Of a stretch of 64,000 nt of DNA, positions 42,698-58,387 are shown piece by piece. The position numbers were made by a program, and so were the translations under genes. Each line of letters opens with the position of its first letter. Position 1 is the stretch's first letter. A model generated the notes under the pieces. The model was not told the origin of the DNA, searched no databases, and worked only from the letters and a program-made list of their open reading frames with translations. The DNA comes from the human T2T-CHM13v2.0 reference genome, Homo sapiens: NCBI RefSeq assembly GCF_009914755.1, contig NC_060925.1. The stretch is one strand, 5' to 3'.

Positions 42698-44774
42698 AGC
42701 CCTCTTTCCATTGTGGCTTTAATGCTGTTGCACTCACACCATTACTGACATGGTTTGTGTGCTGAACCTGTGAGCCACATAGAACCATCTTCTGCTTAAG
42801 GATAATGACAGAGAGAAATCACCCTGTCAGCTGAGGTGCTATTTATGTTTCTTCCTAACAGACCATCCAGTGAGATGGAATACAATAGAAAAAAAAGTGA
42901 GATAGAACAGTCTAGCAACTCTGGATCTAGGAACCACCACATGTGCTTGCCCCCACCCTTACATGGCTCAAAACTCATTTCTCTTTGTAGCTCTGAGAGC
43001 CTTCCTTCTGAAACCAAATGATAGCTTTATGGAAGGTTGATTAAACCTATTGAATGTCATAGCTAAACTTATGAATTAAAATAAAATCTGGCTAGACACT
43101 CCTAGCCTTGTCTCTTAAAGCTTCACATGAAATATCTATAAAGTTCCAGGAAAAGACAAACATAATAATGACACTAAAAATGAGGACTTTTAAAAATCAA
43201 CTATTGTCAGAGGCAAAAGGAATTTCCATGAACTTTAAGGTCATTAGAATTGAACTGAAAAAAGAAAAAAAGAACAGAAGAGAGGGACACCTTGGGTATG
43301 TTGGAAAAAACAGAGCAGGTGGCTTATCTGAAAGTAAATAGAAAAGGTCACTTTCCCATCTCCATATCACACTCCCCTCACCCAGTTACAAAATGCTGAA
43401 TCTATACCAGAGACCTGGACATCCACTTCTACTGTGTGGGAGCTGCCTTCTGAGAAGTGACAGTGAGGCCCACCCACCACCATCATCAATCTTTTCACCA
43501 AAAGAACTCTCTTGAAGGCTGACTTCAGATTTCTCTACACTTAGTTTTCAATGGAAAGGATCTAGAGTACTGTGGAAAAAGAGTTATCCCCCAAGAATGT
43601 GTGCCCAACCAAATTGCTCCCTTTATGTGGGAAAGAAGGAAAAAAGCAAACATCAGAAATGAAAGGGTTCAGAACATACACCTGTCATGCATCGGCTAAT
43701 CTTGAAACAAATCACTTGAACATATTCTCCAGTCAATAAGAGAGAAAGCAAAGTTTAAAAGTAGAGAATGGAGATGTCATGGAATGAAAGACTGATGGAT
43801 CTTCCCTTACTAAAATTAGACTCAAAACCAAGAGAAACAATGGAACAATGTGCTATCAAGTAGCTTTGCCAGCCTGAGGTCAAAGTCCGGCCCTGTATAG
43901 TTCCCAAGATTGTCTTCTGCTTTCCTGTAGATTCTATTTTGATTGTGCTTCCCCCTCCCAACGAAAAAAAAAAAAAAAAAACAGTTTACAGATAATCTCT
44001 TGCCAATTTGATAAAAGACTACATAAAACACTAACTGGGTCTGTTCCAACTTTGATTAGCATGGCCAAACAATTTGTATGGTTGGGATGCCGAGCCAAGA
44101 TAGTTATTAAACTAAAAATCTTTGTTTTCACCCCCTTTCTTCCATTTCTCAAAGCAGAAGTGCACAAAAGAGCATAATGACTATTTTCATTACTAAAGAA
44201 TATTATTAATGACTTTCTACATCTTCAAAGCCAATCAGTATAGCCTGAATCATTTTTTAATTAAACAAGACTAATAAACCACCAGGTGGAAAATGCATGT
44301 CACTAAAACATTTACGTAAAATCTGCCAACTAAATTTTACGAGTGTTCCTTTGTTAACTATGATTAAAATTCAAGACACATAGTGTGAGATTATGCAAAC
44401 AGGTAATTTTTGAGGTTTTATGAAAATATACTAAAATGTAACTAGGTTGTTTCTTGGTGTGGAATTCTAAAATGCTACTTTTTCCTTCTTTGTATTTTGT
44501 TCTGTATTTATAGGTGTTTTCTCTAATATGCTTGACTAGCTAGTGTATTCATATATATCAACATGTACAATTTTATGTTTACCACATGAGCACAATTAAA
44601 TTAAATTAAAATTTGTACTGTAAATAGACTGGTAGGAAATATACTGAAATATTAATTTTGCTTATTTTCAGCTGCTGAGACAAGAGTGCTCTGTTTTCCC
44701 TACTATTCAGTATTCCCAATATTTCTGTAATTAGCATTTATTATTTTTCTAGTAGGGGAAAAATTTTATTTTAG

Positions 44775-45073
<299 letters not shown>

Positions 45074-45689
45074 TTATGGTGGAGGTAAACACAGCACTTT
45101 CAAGATCCCAGAGATCAGTCATTGTTCTAAGTAGATATTCAAGATTAACTTCCTGGGTAGATGGCACCTGAACTGAGTATGAGTTGAGTTATCTAGGCAG
45201 AGATGCAGAGACAACACTGACCAGAAGTAGAAATTCAGTGCAACAACACAAGACCTAAAACCAGAGACTTGAGTACCGTTGATCCTCCCTCTCCTGGGAG
45301 GGAGATAGTCCCAAGAATAGTCCCAAGAATATTCCCAAGAATTTAGAAATGATGGCACCAATACCAGACTTTGGAATGCTCAAAATCATTGCCTTGGGTG
45401 TGTTTCTGATTCTTTGACAGCAGGATTTGGAGAAAGAGTCCAGTGAGACTGTCTGCCAGAGACGGTGAGAAAGATCTGCAATGCAACATGTTGCAGCCCA
45501 GGGAATGGAGACTTTACTAATTAGACTCCATGTGTAAAGTGATATGAAGTTTTATTCCCATTACTGTAATTGCCAAAGGTGCTGAAGGTTGTGAGAGAAA
45601 TGGCAATAGTTTGTGTGGGCAGGAAGGGTGACCTATATCTCCCAGGGAACAGAATATAGCCAAAAAAAAAAAGCCACAGGTCTGGAGGG

Positions 45690-45691
<2 letters not shown>

Positions 45692-45726
<35 letters not shown>
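45692..45726. repeat. (GT)n microsatellite
   Basis: About 17 uninterrupted GT units. Confidence 0.95.
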
Positions 45727-45727
<1 letters not shown>

Positions 45728-46066
45728 TCAGCAAGGGAGAGCCCCACTCTAGGAAGATGTCTAACAGGGAGAGACATACATAGGAGAGCTCAGCGGATGG
45801 GGGAAAGGAGAGTTTGTGAAAATTAGAGGAGAGGGAAGGATTTGTTCTGGACCTTCTGCCTGGCAAAGAAGAGAGATTGAAACTAAGAGGAGTGTCTAAG
45901 GTGGACTGCACCATAATAAGTATCTCCTGAGTAAACATTTGAAATGCTTTCAGTTAGATTTTTCTACTAGCCTACCATTTCTTTAAATGTGACTTGACGC
46001 AGGTATAGCCTTAAAAAGTAATATTCTGGTCATATTTTGTATGGCTGCCTCCTCCCTTTTACCCTA

Positions 46067-46412
<346 letters not shown>

Positions 46413-47211
46413 TCATGAGGTCATATGACTGTCAGGCATAGTGATCTGTGAAGGCCTAACTCATGAACAGGAAGATGTGGAAAGCAAGCCCAATTTGCAA
46501 GTTACAACCCAGTCAATCTGACTGAGTTGTAATTATGTGCACAACTGTTCCTGGGCTGCCTGCCATTATATAAGGGTGGCTAATGTGCTTCAGGTTAAAC
46601 AAACATTTATTGAGAACCTGCTGAATGCCCCACACTGGGTCTTGTTCAGGCCTCTGATCAATAGGCCATGAACACACTCAGAGCCCATGAGGTGCCAACT
46701 CTAGAGGTATTCCTGGTAAAAAGGAAGGTTAACAAATTCGCCATCCCTCAAAGGTCCCTTCTGGGAACCTATTTGTCCTAATCCTAGCCTTTCTCTCTGC
46801 ATTCTGTTGACAAAAGGGGTTTCTGGAAAAGTGTCCTAGGGGAAAGGATCACATCTTATAATGTTTTGCTTACTTAAAAACCAATGAGTTAGTGCACAAG
46901 AATATAAGATAGATGTTCAGTATAGTGTTATCTATAATTGGGATGAATTGGAAACAGTTAAATGTTCATTAATAGGGGGCTAATTCAGTAGATCATCATA
47001 CATGCACATGGTGATATATATAGTGGAAATACTGAACCATTTCGAAAAGTTTGTGCTGCTTGAGTAAAAAGATCTACCCCACTGCCACGGAACACAGGCA
47101 TACTCAAGTTCCCCAACCTTTCTTAAGACACCCAGTGAAAATAAGGAAATACAAAATCATAAAGAGGAAGCATTGCTTGCTGTTCTAGGCAGTACTAAAA
47201 TCTCTAGTTTA

Positions 47212-47610
<399 letters not shown>

Positions 47611-49235
47611 TCATGAACACAAGAGAACAAAAAGAAGTAATAAGTGAGGAAAAATGAGATACATTTTTTTAAATGAGGTAGAGGTAGATCTCCATACAGT
47701 GACAAAAAAATATGCCTGAGATACAGTAGTTTGCTTAGAAAGAAAAGCAAATGGTAGAACAATATGCATATAATAATCTTATTTGCTTAATACAATTATA
47801 TATGGAGACTGTCTTTACATTTCAGTTTGAATGCCAAAGCTGAAAAGAGTAGGTAGTAAATCCCCCTACATTCTAAAGAAAAGTACAAAACACCCCTTGT
47901 TGAATTTATGAAAAGAGGACAAAACCTGTCCTGCAGCCCTTACCCAGTTCCAACCCCCACCTTATAGGGGAGGCTATAAATTTAAAGGGACGTTTAGGTT
48001 ACTCATGTGAGTAGAGTCGTGTGAAGGGAAGGGGAAGTAGGGGGCTTCTCTGCATCTTAAACCACACAGAGGGAAGTCCCAAAAGAATCACTGCCTGAGA
48101 CTGGAGGTGCCTACAGGAATAGAGGCTGGTTACTTTCTCCTCAACTGCAGCAACCTACAGCTCACCTGGGTGCACCACTGCACAACTAGGGGAGAGTTCT
48201 GGGCAAATGACAGCTGCCTACTTACCTTTGGCTGGAGCCACACATGATAGAAGGTGGGAAGAGAGGGGTCGGCCGATGGGTAAGCTGTACTCCTACCACT
48301 TGGTAGGTCAAAGATGCCTGAATTTCCCGAGAGCCAAGTGGATGTTGTGGGAAGTAGCAACACTAAAGCTGTTTTGATGAGATTCAACCCAAGAAGGCTG
48401 CCTGCTTGGAGATGGGACACCACCAGTAAGTGGCTGTAGATTGTACCTGTAGGGGCTGGACTTGAGGAAGGGTTACAAGAGGTCAGCCAGGAGGAAACAG
48501 CAATTAGAAGACTCCAGGTGATAGACCTCCCAAGAACTTGCTGCCATCCTAGAGGGTGTGTAGGTCAACCACCAAGCAAAGAGAGAGCTACAGAGGGCAG
48601 CCCCTAAATAAAAAGAGCTTTATGTATCTTTCTCTGCCCTAAGTGGGAGGAGATAGAAGGAGAATGAGCGACCCCACAGCTTTCCCACTACAGGTTTCTG
48701 AGCCACAGTTCAGGCCTAAGATTGGGGGATGAGAGGAGCTTTGAAATGGATGTGAGATTCAAGTTTTAAATTGAACTGGACTGCACTATTTTTCCAATGC
48801 CTAGAAATGGCCAGAAAGCTATTGTGTCTGCTCAAGCCAGTCCTCAGGGGCAAGTCAGAGGGATTCTATGTAACATGATGGATAGCAGGAGCAGAGGTAA
48901 GAGAAAAATAAAGTGGTTTCTTCTTTCAAGTTCAGCCCCATCCAGTAAACCAGTAGACATATAAAATAACGATTTTTCTATCTCTACAAAAGAGTTCAAG
49001 AGAGAAACAAACAGAAATGAGTGGATATCTCTGCAACGAGGAGGGATAAATGGACAGAGACCTTTACTTTTCAGGTTTTTTGTCCTGTATTATTTCAATG
49101 TTTCATAACAAGCTTGTATTACTTTTATAACTAAAAGAATTAATTTTCTTAAAATGTGGGTGTTAACCACATGTCAAGCCCAGAATCCTGTAGTGTTTCC
49201 CTCAGTTAGTGAGTTTTAGGAGAAGACAGTTTGCT

Positions 49236-49455
49236 CAATGATGTGCTGGTAAACGCGCTGCAGGGTGAGACAGTATGGTGATTTGTAGTGTCTGCTGATA
49301 TTTCCATGGCATAAAGACTCCCACCACGATTGATTTCAAGCTACCAACAGTTTGACAAGTGGCTCACAAAATTCCTGGATATTCAGCAGCTTAACAGCTG
49401 GCTTGCCAAATTCCTGGATATTTAACCATTGGCTTTACCAGCTGTAGCACACCAG
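49236..49455. mobile_element. hAT-type MITE (MER63-like)
   Basis: Ends caatgatgtgctgg ... tagcacaccag are degenerate terminal inverted repeats. Confidence 0.5.
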
Positions 49456-50692
49456 AAAAGCATTGTGTGGGAGGCAGTGGCCAGAGCCCTTTCTCTGGCA
49501 ACTCATATCCAGACTCTGTTAATTACCAGCTGACTGACAGGCCAGCCTCTGCCCAGGAGTAATGAAGGGTCACCTGTTTCAACAGCAGAATGTCAGGGCA
49601 TTCCGGCAGGCCAGCCCTGTGACCCAGCAAGCTGCTCATCTGGGCCAAGTGGAAGGTTCCGGGAGGGTTGGAAGGACAGAAACAGGCAGAAGAATGTGTC
49701 AGAAGAGACAGAGGAGAAGGGCAAAACCAAACCTCAGACGTCAGTGACCTTCTGCAGCTGCAGAGCCCCTTCCACAGCAAGAAGTAAAACAACGTGGGAA
49801 AGTGACAAAGTCAAATATTCTTCAGCACACCAATAATTAGAAAAAAATCTAATTATGACTGTAATGACTATAACTACAATGTATTGAATGCTCACTCTGG
49901 GTATGTGTTTGTGCTAAAACACTTTACGTCAAGTTCTTCATTTACTCCTCATAGCCATCGCACAAGGTAAACACTTTCATTTTTCCACTTTACAGCAAAA
50001 AACACAGCGACCTAATCAGATTAAACAACTTACCCAAGAGCATCAAGCTAGTTTCCGGTAAAACTGTGATTCAACCTGATGTTTTACTCCAAAAGAAAGC
50101 TAGATTTCTTTACAGTTTCACTAAGTGAGGCAAAGTCCCCCAACAGTAAACTGGGATCCACCTGTGGATGTTACGATCCGACCTGAAAACATTTAGGTTT
50201 ACTTGTCACCTCCGTAGCTTCATATAGGAAGGAGGTGTTTGTTCTGGCTGCACCTGCTTGAGGGGCTAGAGTAGAGGTCCTTCCTGAATTGGCTGTATGA
50301 GCTTTGGACATAACATTTCATCTCCCCTAGTCTCAGCCTTTCACTATAAAAATAGGTAATTAAGTTAATAATCTCTAAGAATGACAGACCCACATGTAGA
50401 CAGGCCCATTTTTTTCTGTTAGTCCAAATATCTAGAAAGCCTGGGAAATGAGAAACTTCTTTATGTAACAGCCCTTCCACACATGTGCATTACTAGGTTC
50501 TAGCCACTATTCTCAAAGGTATTGAGGATATAAGTCTTTTTATACAAAAAGTTGAGTTCTTCAGGAACCAGGAGATAGAAATAAACCAGTGGAGGAAATT
50601 AGCAATCCCACACATATATTGTGTGCTGGATATTGCACAAAGTCTAGGAAAACCACTCAGAAGTCAGACTGCTGCAACAAGAAAGATAAGGT

Positions 50693-51098
50693 TGACAGGG
50701 TGCGGTGGCTCACAGCTATAATCTCAGCACTTTGGGAAGTCAAGTCAGAATTGCTTGAGCCCAGTGGTTCAATACCAGTTTGGGCAACATAGTGAGACCT
50801 TGTCTCTCCAAAAACAAACAAAATTAGCCTGGTGTGGTGGTGTGCGCCTGTAGTCCTAGCTGCTTGGGAGGCTGAGGTGGAAGGATCACTTGAGCCCGGG
50901 AAGTTGAGACTACAACGAGCAGAGATCACGTCACTGCATTCCAGCCTAGGTGCTGAGTGAGACCTTGTTAAAAAAAAAAAAAAAAAGAAAAGGAAAGAAA
51001 AAAGAAAAGAGAAGGGAAGGGAAGGGAAAGGAAGAGAAAAGAAGAAAAGAGAAAAGAAAAGAAAAGAACAGAAAAGAAAAGAAAAAAGAAAAGAGAAA
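50693..51098 (+). mobile_element. AluJ-like element with a long (GAAAA)n tail
   Basis: Diverged Alu dimer followed by a purine simple repeat. Confidence 0.88.
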
Positions 51099-52399
51099 GG
51101 TAAGGCCAGTGGAATCAGGCTGACCTGGGTGGAATCTTGACTCTGTCGCTGTGTAACTCTGGGCTGGTCATCTCTGAACTGTTTTGCTATAAGTCAGTAA
51201 ATGATAGCTATGCTTATTATGAAAAAATAATGTCCTATTTTATCAAGATTCCACAGGCACAGTTGTTCAGGAATGGGAAGAACCTATATGGCCACTTCAA
51301 TGGGGTCAGAAAGTAGTGAAGCTCCTGGGAGGAGGTAAAATAGTGTCATTTACAGGACTCAGCAACACCTATACATTGCACAGGTCTGGGCACCTAGAGG
51401 TTCCAGAGCCCCTTGGGAGAAGGAGGAAAGAAGAGGATATCACTGTCAGGCTTTCTGGGGCTCCACCGAGTTAAACACACATTAGAACCCCTGATGCTCC
51501 AGCTAGCTGAACAGGTGGGGAGTCTGCCCTAGATACACCCTTAAGTTTTGAGAATAACAAAGCTAGACAAAACACAATGCAAGCTTCCAGACCTTCACAC
51601 TCCTCTGTTCAGTACTCCAAACCTCAGAGCCCTGAGACTCATGGTGTCTAGGGTCTTCATATTATATCCACCCCTGTCTAACCTCCGAGGAGAAGGCCTA
51701 AATTTTTTCAGGGCTTTTTCCTCCCTCTTTATCAAAAGCTACTCATTGGCTCCTCATCCTCGCTCTCAGGAAAGCAACACTAGGGAATATACTCTCATCA
51801 GGGTGGCACATCAAAGAACTGTGGGATCTCCCTTGCTGCCTCCCACCTAGAGGTTAGAAAGCTTCCCTGGGAGCTGGAAGTTCTCACATGACAGAGTTCT
51901 AGACCATGAAAGCAAAGGAGATGTCTGCTAGGGATTTTCTGGAAAATCTTTTGCTTTCTTGACATAAGTAACAGGAGCATTTGATGCCAACTCCTTCCTT
52001 CTTTCTGCCTTTAATAGTTGTGTGACACCTGGAGTTGCAGTAGCTATCTTGTGGCCTCAGGTGGCGGTCGTGAGGATCAAGATGCTAAAGATGATGAAGA
52101 TGATGTTGGAGCCTGGGTCCTTGTTTATGCTGTTGAGATGACATAGACTGCCTGTGTCTGAAATGGTTGTGCATAAACAATAAATGCTCTTTTGTCAAAA
52201 GCTAATGTTAGCTGAGTATTCTATTTCTTGCAACCAAAAGCATTTCCAAGGGATAAAATTGGGTAGGCTAGTGATTGAAACATGGAGTATTAGAGAAAAA
52301 GAGGCTTAGAGCCAGGGAAACCAACTTGTCCTATTTTGCCCAGGTAGTGATACAGGTAGTGATCAAGACATTGGACCATAAGCCAGATTCCTGACTCTA

Positions 52400-52771
<372 letters not shown>

Positions 52772-53843
52772 TTATCAAAATTACCCCGTTCCATTTGAAG
52801 GCATGTGACTCCCTGCGGCTCCTAATTGGAATCTGCTCCATTCTGGCATACAGGACATGGCTTCTGTGACGCTGATGCATTTAGAGGAATGTGGCAAAGC
52901 CGTGCCTGTGAAGAGCAAAGCTGGAGGGAGCAAGACCACCTCCTGGCTTCTGGAACGCTGGGACTGTGTCAGAGCCTTCATTCAGGAGGTGTTGTAGCGC
53001 ATGTGATGATTGGCTGCCAGTATATTCATGTTAATATAGGTCAGTAGTCCCAGGACATGAGGGGACAATGAATCAGCCCGCTCCCTTTCATGGTTTCAGA
53101 TTCAACAAACGCTTACTCAGGCTGACTGTGAGTTGAACACTGGGGCTGGTGGTTTCACTCATGTTATCTCACTTAATTTTCAAAATAGATGTGTGAGGCA
53201 GACACGACTGTATTATGCCCACTTTACAGATGAAGAAGAATTCCCTGAAGACACACAGCTTGGTAACTCCAAAGTCAAAGTCCTCTGTTCTTTCTATTTT
53301 ATGTGTGTATTTTTCCCTTCTGTATGACCTTCCCTTCCTTTATGCTCAGTCCCCTTGGCCATTCCCCCTCTCTGCACTCTTCTCCTGGCTCCCATTCACC
53401 AATCTGCTTCTCCTGCCTTGAGCCTTGCTGACACAGGAGAGCAGATGCCAACTGCTGGCTGTGGCTGTGCCTGTAATATGTGACTCTTAGCCATATGAAC
53501 CAGACTCTGGGTGACCTCACAGAGAGACACTGAAGCTAGGGTTTGCGTGGAGAGAAGAAAGTGAGATCTCTCCTAAGCACTGACTTTAATATTTCACACT
53601 CTGGCATGAGATGAGTCAGAGCTTTCAGATGCCCTTGCAGTACATTCCCGGCTCAATAGCCACACCCCCAAAGTATGATATCATTCATCCACACTAATCT
53701 GTGGATTGATAAACCACACTGATACTCGGTTTCCGCATCTGTCAAATGAGGTGGGATTATTTACTGCACATGTCACTATGGGAGAGTACGTAACAGAAAC
53801 CAGTCAGCAAGATCACCCTCATTCTCTGGAATAAAGGGATAGT

Positions 53844-54096
53844 AGGCTGGGCATGACAGCTCATGCCTACAGTCCCAGCACTTTGGGAGGCTGAGGCAGG
53901 AGAATCACCTTAGCCTAGGAATTCGAGACCAGCCTGGGTTACATAGCAAAACCCCGTCTGTACAAAAATATTTTTTATATTAGCCAGGCATGACACCTGT
54001 AGTCCCAGGTGTCATGGGACTGAGCTCGGAGGTCAAGCCTGCAGTGAGCTGTGATTGTGCCACTACACTCCCACCTGGATGACAGAGTGCTCTCTC

Positions 54097-54144
<48 letters not shown>
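53844..54144 (+). mobile_element. AluJ-like element ending in an (ATAG)n tetranucleotide STR (54097-54144)
   Basis: Diverged Alu followed by about 12 ATAG units. Confidence 0.88.
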
Positions 54145-54145
<1 letters not shown>

Positions 54146-54551
54146 ATTTTATTCCTAGTAGCCTCTTCCTACAGGCTTTCCAGGAGCTCCTGCCACCTCC
54201 ATAGGACAGGCAGGGAGGTCTTCAGTGCTTCTGTTTGTGATCAAAGCCAAAGGGCACCATGCCCACTGCCTCAGACCTCCCCCAGCTCTCTGACCTACCC
54301 TGGGAGGGTCTGGTTTGACACTCTGTGGGGACTTCACCCCTTGGGAATCAACCGTCTTTTCCCTTTTGTAATCCATTTTCTTCTCAAAGATAGTTATCTG
54401 TACCTGCTTCCTTTTATTTTATTTTATTTTTCCTCCAGGAACCTATCATATTAGCCACCTGCCTACAGGAGAGAGTGAAAGGGATTGGATTTAGGAGGGA
54501 GAGGTGGACGGTATGTGGAAGTAAGAGAGAGACATGGTAAAGAAAATCCCA

Positions 54552-54860
54552 GGCCAGGCTGTGGCTCACGCCTGTAACCCCAGCGCTTTGGGAGGCCGAG
54601 TCGGGCTATCTTTTGAGCTCAGGAGTTCAAGATCATCCTGGCCAACATGGTGAAACCCCGTCTCTACTAAAATTACAAAAATTAGCCGGGTGTGGTGGCG
54701 TGCACCTGCACTCCCAGCTACTGAGGAGGCTGAGGTTGGAGAATCGCTTGAACCCGGAGGCGGAGGTTGCAGTGAGCCGAGATCGTGCCACTGCACTCCA
54801 GCCTGGGCGACAGAGGGAGGCTCTGTCTCAAAAAATAAATAAATAAAATAAAATAGAAAG
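54552..54860 (+). mobile_element. Alu (AluS-like)
   Basis: Dimer with TSD-like aaagaaaatccc. Confidence 0.9.
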
Positions 54861-54897
54861 AAAATCCCGCCCTGGCAGTTAGGGCAGCGGGTGCCTC

Positions 54898-54916
54898 CTG
54901 CCAGCAGATGGCAGCA
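54898..54916 (+). promoter_or_regulatory. Candidate CTCF site
   Basis: CTGCCAGCAGATGGCAGCA closely matches the CTCF core CCAGCAGRKGGCRS. Confidence 0.55.
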
Positions 54917-55227
54917 CCACACCACAGAACCACAAAACCTGATGAGCACTGAGCGGAGAGAAGGGGAGAAGCAACCCAAAGTGTAGGATGTTTGGAGTGG
55001 GAGTGCAGAGTTGACAGAGAAGCTGTAACAGGAATGCACAGCAGAAGAGCCAGCAGGGAGACTGCCAGATGCAGGGTCTAGACTCCAGAGTTCCATCCTG
55101 GGATGGAGTCTGCAGGATCTGGTCCATCCATGCTAGCATCCAGTCCTTATTTCACCTGCTATTTGGATGACTTTGGACAAGCCATTTCTCTGCCGTGAGC
55201 CTTAATTTTCTCACCTGTAAAAGGAAG

Positions 55228-55645
55228 CTGTCTCATCAGCTCAGGCTGCAGTAACAGAACGCCACAGGCCAGGTGGCTTAAACAACAGAAACTTATTGCC
55301 TTATGGTTCTGAAGGCTGGAAGTCCAAGATTAGGGTACCAGCATGTTAGGTTCTGGTTCCTCTCTTCCTGGGTTGCAGGCAGCTGCCTTCCTGTTATGTC
55401 CTCACATGGCCTTTCCTTTGTGCGCGTGAAAGGCAAAAGAAGGAGAGAGAGAGTGAGAGAGAGAGAGAGAGATCTGATGTCTATTCTCTTCTTATAAGGA
55501 CACCAGTCCTGTAAGGATTAAGGCTCTACCCCTATGAGCTCGGTTCACCTTAATTAACTCTTTAAAGGCTCTGTGTCCAAATAGTCACACTGGGGTTAGG
55601 GCTTCAACATATAGATTTAGGGAGGACACAATTCAGTCAGTAATA
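55228..55645 (-). mobile_element. MLT1-family LTR
   Basis: ggtggcttaaacaacagaaacttatt...ggaagtccaagat...cttcaacatat...ggaggacacaattcag. Confidence 0.8.
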
Positions 55646-58387
55646 GAAACTCACAAGAATACCTACTTGACAAGGTTGTTATGGGAGCACATAAAAACGT
55701 GTGAATAAGGTAACAAACCATATGGCTCTGACCACTCTACGCAGTGATTAGAAACCTGTTTCAAATTCCCTGAGACCTAGGGAAGAACAGAGCACTGTGC
55801 TTAGGAACAACCTTGTTTCTATCTTTTCTCATCTCCCAACTCACCTCAGGCAAGCCCAGGCTTTCCCTTCCTGGAATACAAGTTGCTCAGTATCCTATGC
55901 TTCTTCTTGACCATTATAGCAAAACTGCTTGAGACTAGACTTTAGGAAGGATTTCCTGGTGGGCAAGACAGTAAATTATCTCCTGTGTCTTCCCATTGGA
56001 GATCTAAAAACTCCAATGGGAAGAGGAAGCCATCTTGCTAAATCTTTCTACCATCTGGGCAACAATTGGTATTGATACAAAGGTAGAAGACCTTATTTAA
56101 CTGGACTAAACCTCAAGAAGTCAAGCTAATCTCCTTAAACTAGAGGTCTGGGAAACACATTTGGAATCTGTAGGGTCTTCCTGGAAGGTTATGGGCAAGT
56201 CAGGTGTGGCTTGGGATGGATCTTCAATAAGAGGGTGGGGCTTGGTGCTTGCACCTGGATTTCCTTTCCCCCTTAACTTGACTCCTCTCTGGTGAGCAGG
56301 CCCAAATGCACTCCTCCTCCATCCCAACATAAGTGCCTCTCTCCACTTATGGTATCAGTTAGACTCTTGAGGAACCTTAGAGATGTGATCACCTGCTTCC
56401 ACTGTCTTTGGGGCCTGGGGAACATGTGGGACAGAGAAGAGAGGCCATGGTGTGATGCTGAGGAAGTCAGCCTGACAGCCATCTTCATGAGCATCCTCAT
56501 ATTATCACCATCATCAACAACAGCCCATGTTCATTTAACTCACTGTGGGAAAGGCTCTGGGCTAACTTTCATGGGACCATGTTCACTGGGGTCTGAGTCC
56601 TGGTGCTGAAGGAGCACCTAGTCTAGCCAGGGGAGCCGGCTAATCAATGGCATGTGTAATGTGCTTCATGTGTGCATGGTACTTTGCAAGTTTTCAAGAA
56701 CTTCATGGAGGTCGTGAACGTAGCTGAAGTAGTGTAAGAAGGCTTCATGCAGAGATGGGCTTTGAGCTGAAAGCTGAATATTAAGTAGCAGTTAGACAAA
56801 AGAAGAGAAGGGCAGGCAGGCAGGAGGAGTGCCACGAGCAAATTCTTGGGGAGCGGGGGAGATATGTGAGATATCAGCCCCCGTGGCGCTGCTGAGATAA
56901 GTAATGAGTGATAAGACTGGGAAGGAATGGGGACAGTTCCTGGAGGATCTTGAATGTCAGGCTGGGGCATTCAGATTTCCCCACTAGGCCCCGGAGAGCT
57001 AGTGAAGCTGGAGTCTGTCCTCGCTCTGCCTGGAGCTAAGACCTAGCATTTTCAGACCATTCTCTTAATACCTATTTCCTTCCCTCACTGTCTCCCCAAA
57101 GGTTAGACTGGGGACTAAAATCCTCCTGTGCTGTAACATCAAGCTGACTTAGAGCAGACGGCCTTTCTACTGGGGCCTGCATCCAGAGGCCTCCACTTCC
57201 CCTCCCCTCCCCGGCCTTCACATTCCAATTCCCCGGCTGCGAACTCATGTGAGATCATAAGTCACAGTACCATAAACCACTCCAGAGTGTGTAATAAGTG
57301 AATTATTTACCAATGACCCTGGCTAAATGTTCACAGGGATAAATGATTAAGCCGCAGATCTGTCAAAAAGTTCCCATAAATAAGTAATTCTGTGCCGCCT
57401 TAATGGGCTTTGTAAATTACTCATTCATGCCACTGCTGGATCACTCTCTGGGGTAAATTCCTCACACCTGCTGATTTACTGCTGAGGTCTGCACACGGTG
57501 ATACAAATTCTGCTAGCCAGCTGGGCAGACACCCCAGGTGCCAACCCACCTGGCTGAGCCCCCAGGGATGAGGATACCAGAAACAAAAAGTCTCCCGCGT
57601 CATCTGACAAAAATGTGGGGTCCAAGGTGGGCTGACCTTCTGGGCCACTTGGAGTTTGTCCTGCAGGGCAACACTGCAGTGTCAGAATCCTTCTCCTACA
57701 GGCATCCATTCAGTGAGCATGTACTTAGCATGTCCTGTGTCCTAGGCTCTGTGTTAGATGCTTAGACCCCAAAGACACAGAAGTGTGCTCCAATGGGCTT
57801 GGTCACGGGAATGAAAGAAGACTGGACATACAGTGTAACTGATGCCATAGCAGAGTGCTACTTGAGCCCACTGGGGGAATATCCAGGACAGCTGGAGAAA
57901 TTGAGGAGATGGCAAAATATGGGGTTTGAGTTTCACTTTGTGCTAAAAAAGCCTCACTCCAATTCAGTCAAGATGGGCTGAGCCCTGTTGCTATGATAGT
58001 GAACAGCCCTACAATTTCAGTGGCTTACAACCACAAAGGTTTATTTCTCATTATGCAATCTGGAGGGTCAGTTGAGGGCTCTGTTCAACCCCATCATCAT
58101 CCTCCCCCTAGGACCTGGGCTGATAGCACAACATCACCTAGGTTATTGCCAGTCGCTGTGACCAAGGGAAAAGAGAACATGGCAGAGCATAACTTGGTTC
58201 CTAAAACTTCTGGCCAGAAGTGACACTTCCACTCACATTTTATTGGCCAGACAAAGTCCCATAGTCATGCTTTAACTCAACTGAGACAGAAAATTCTAAC
58301 CTGGGGAAAGAGAGAAAAAAAAAAGGATTTGTGAACAATCTTAATGACTACTCCACATGCAAATTCTGGTCCTGTGAATCTAGGAAC

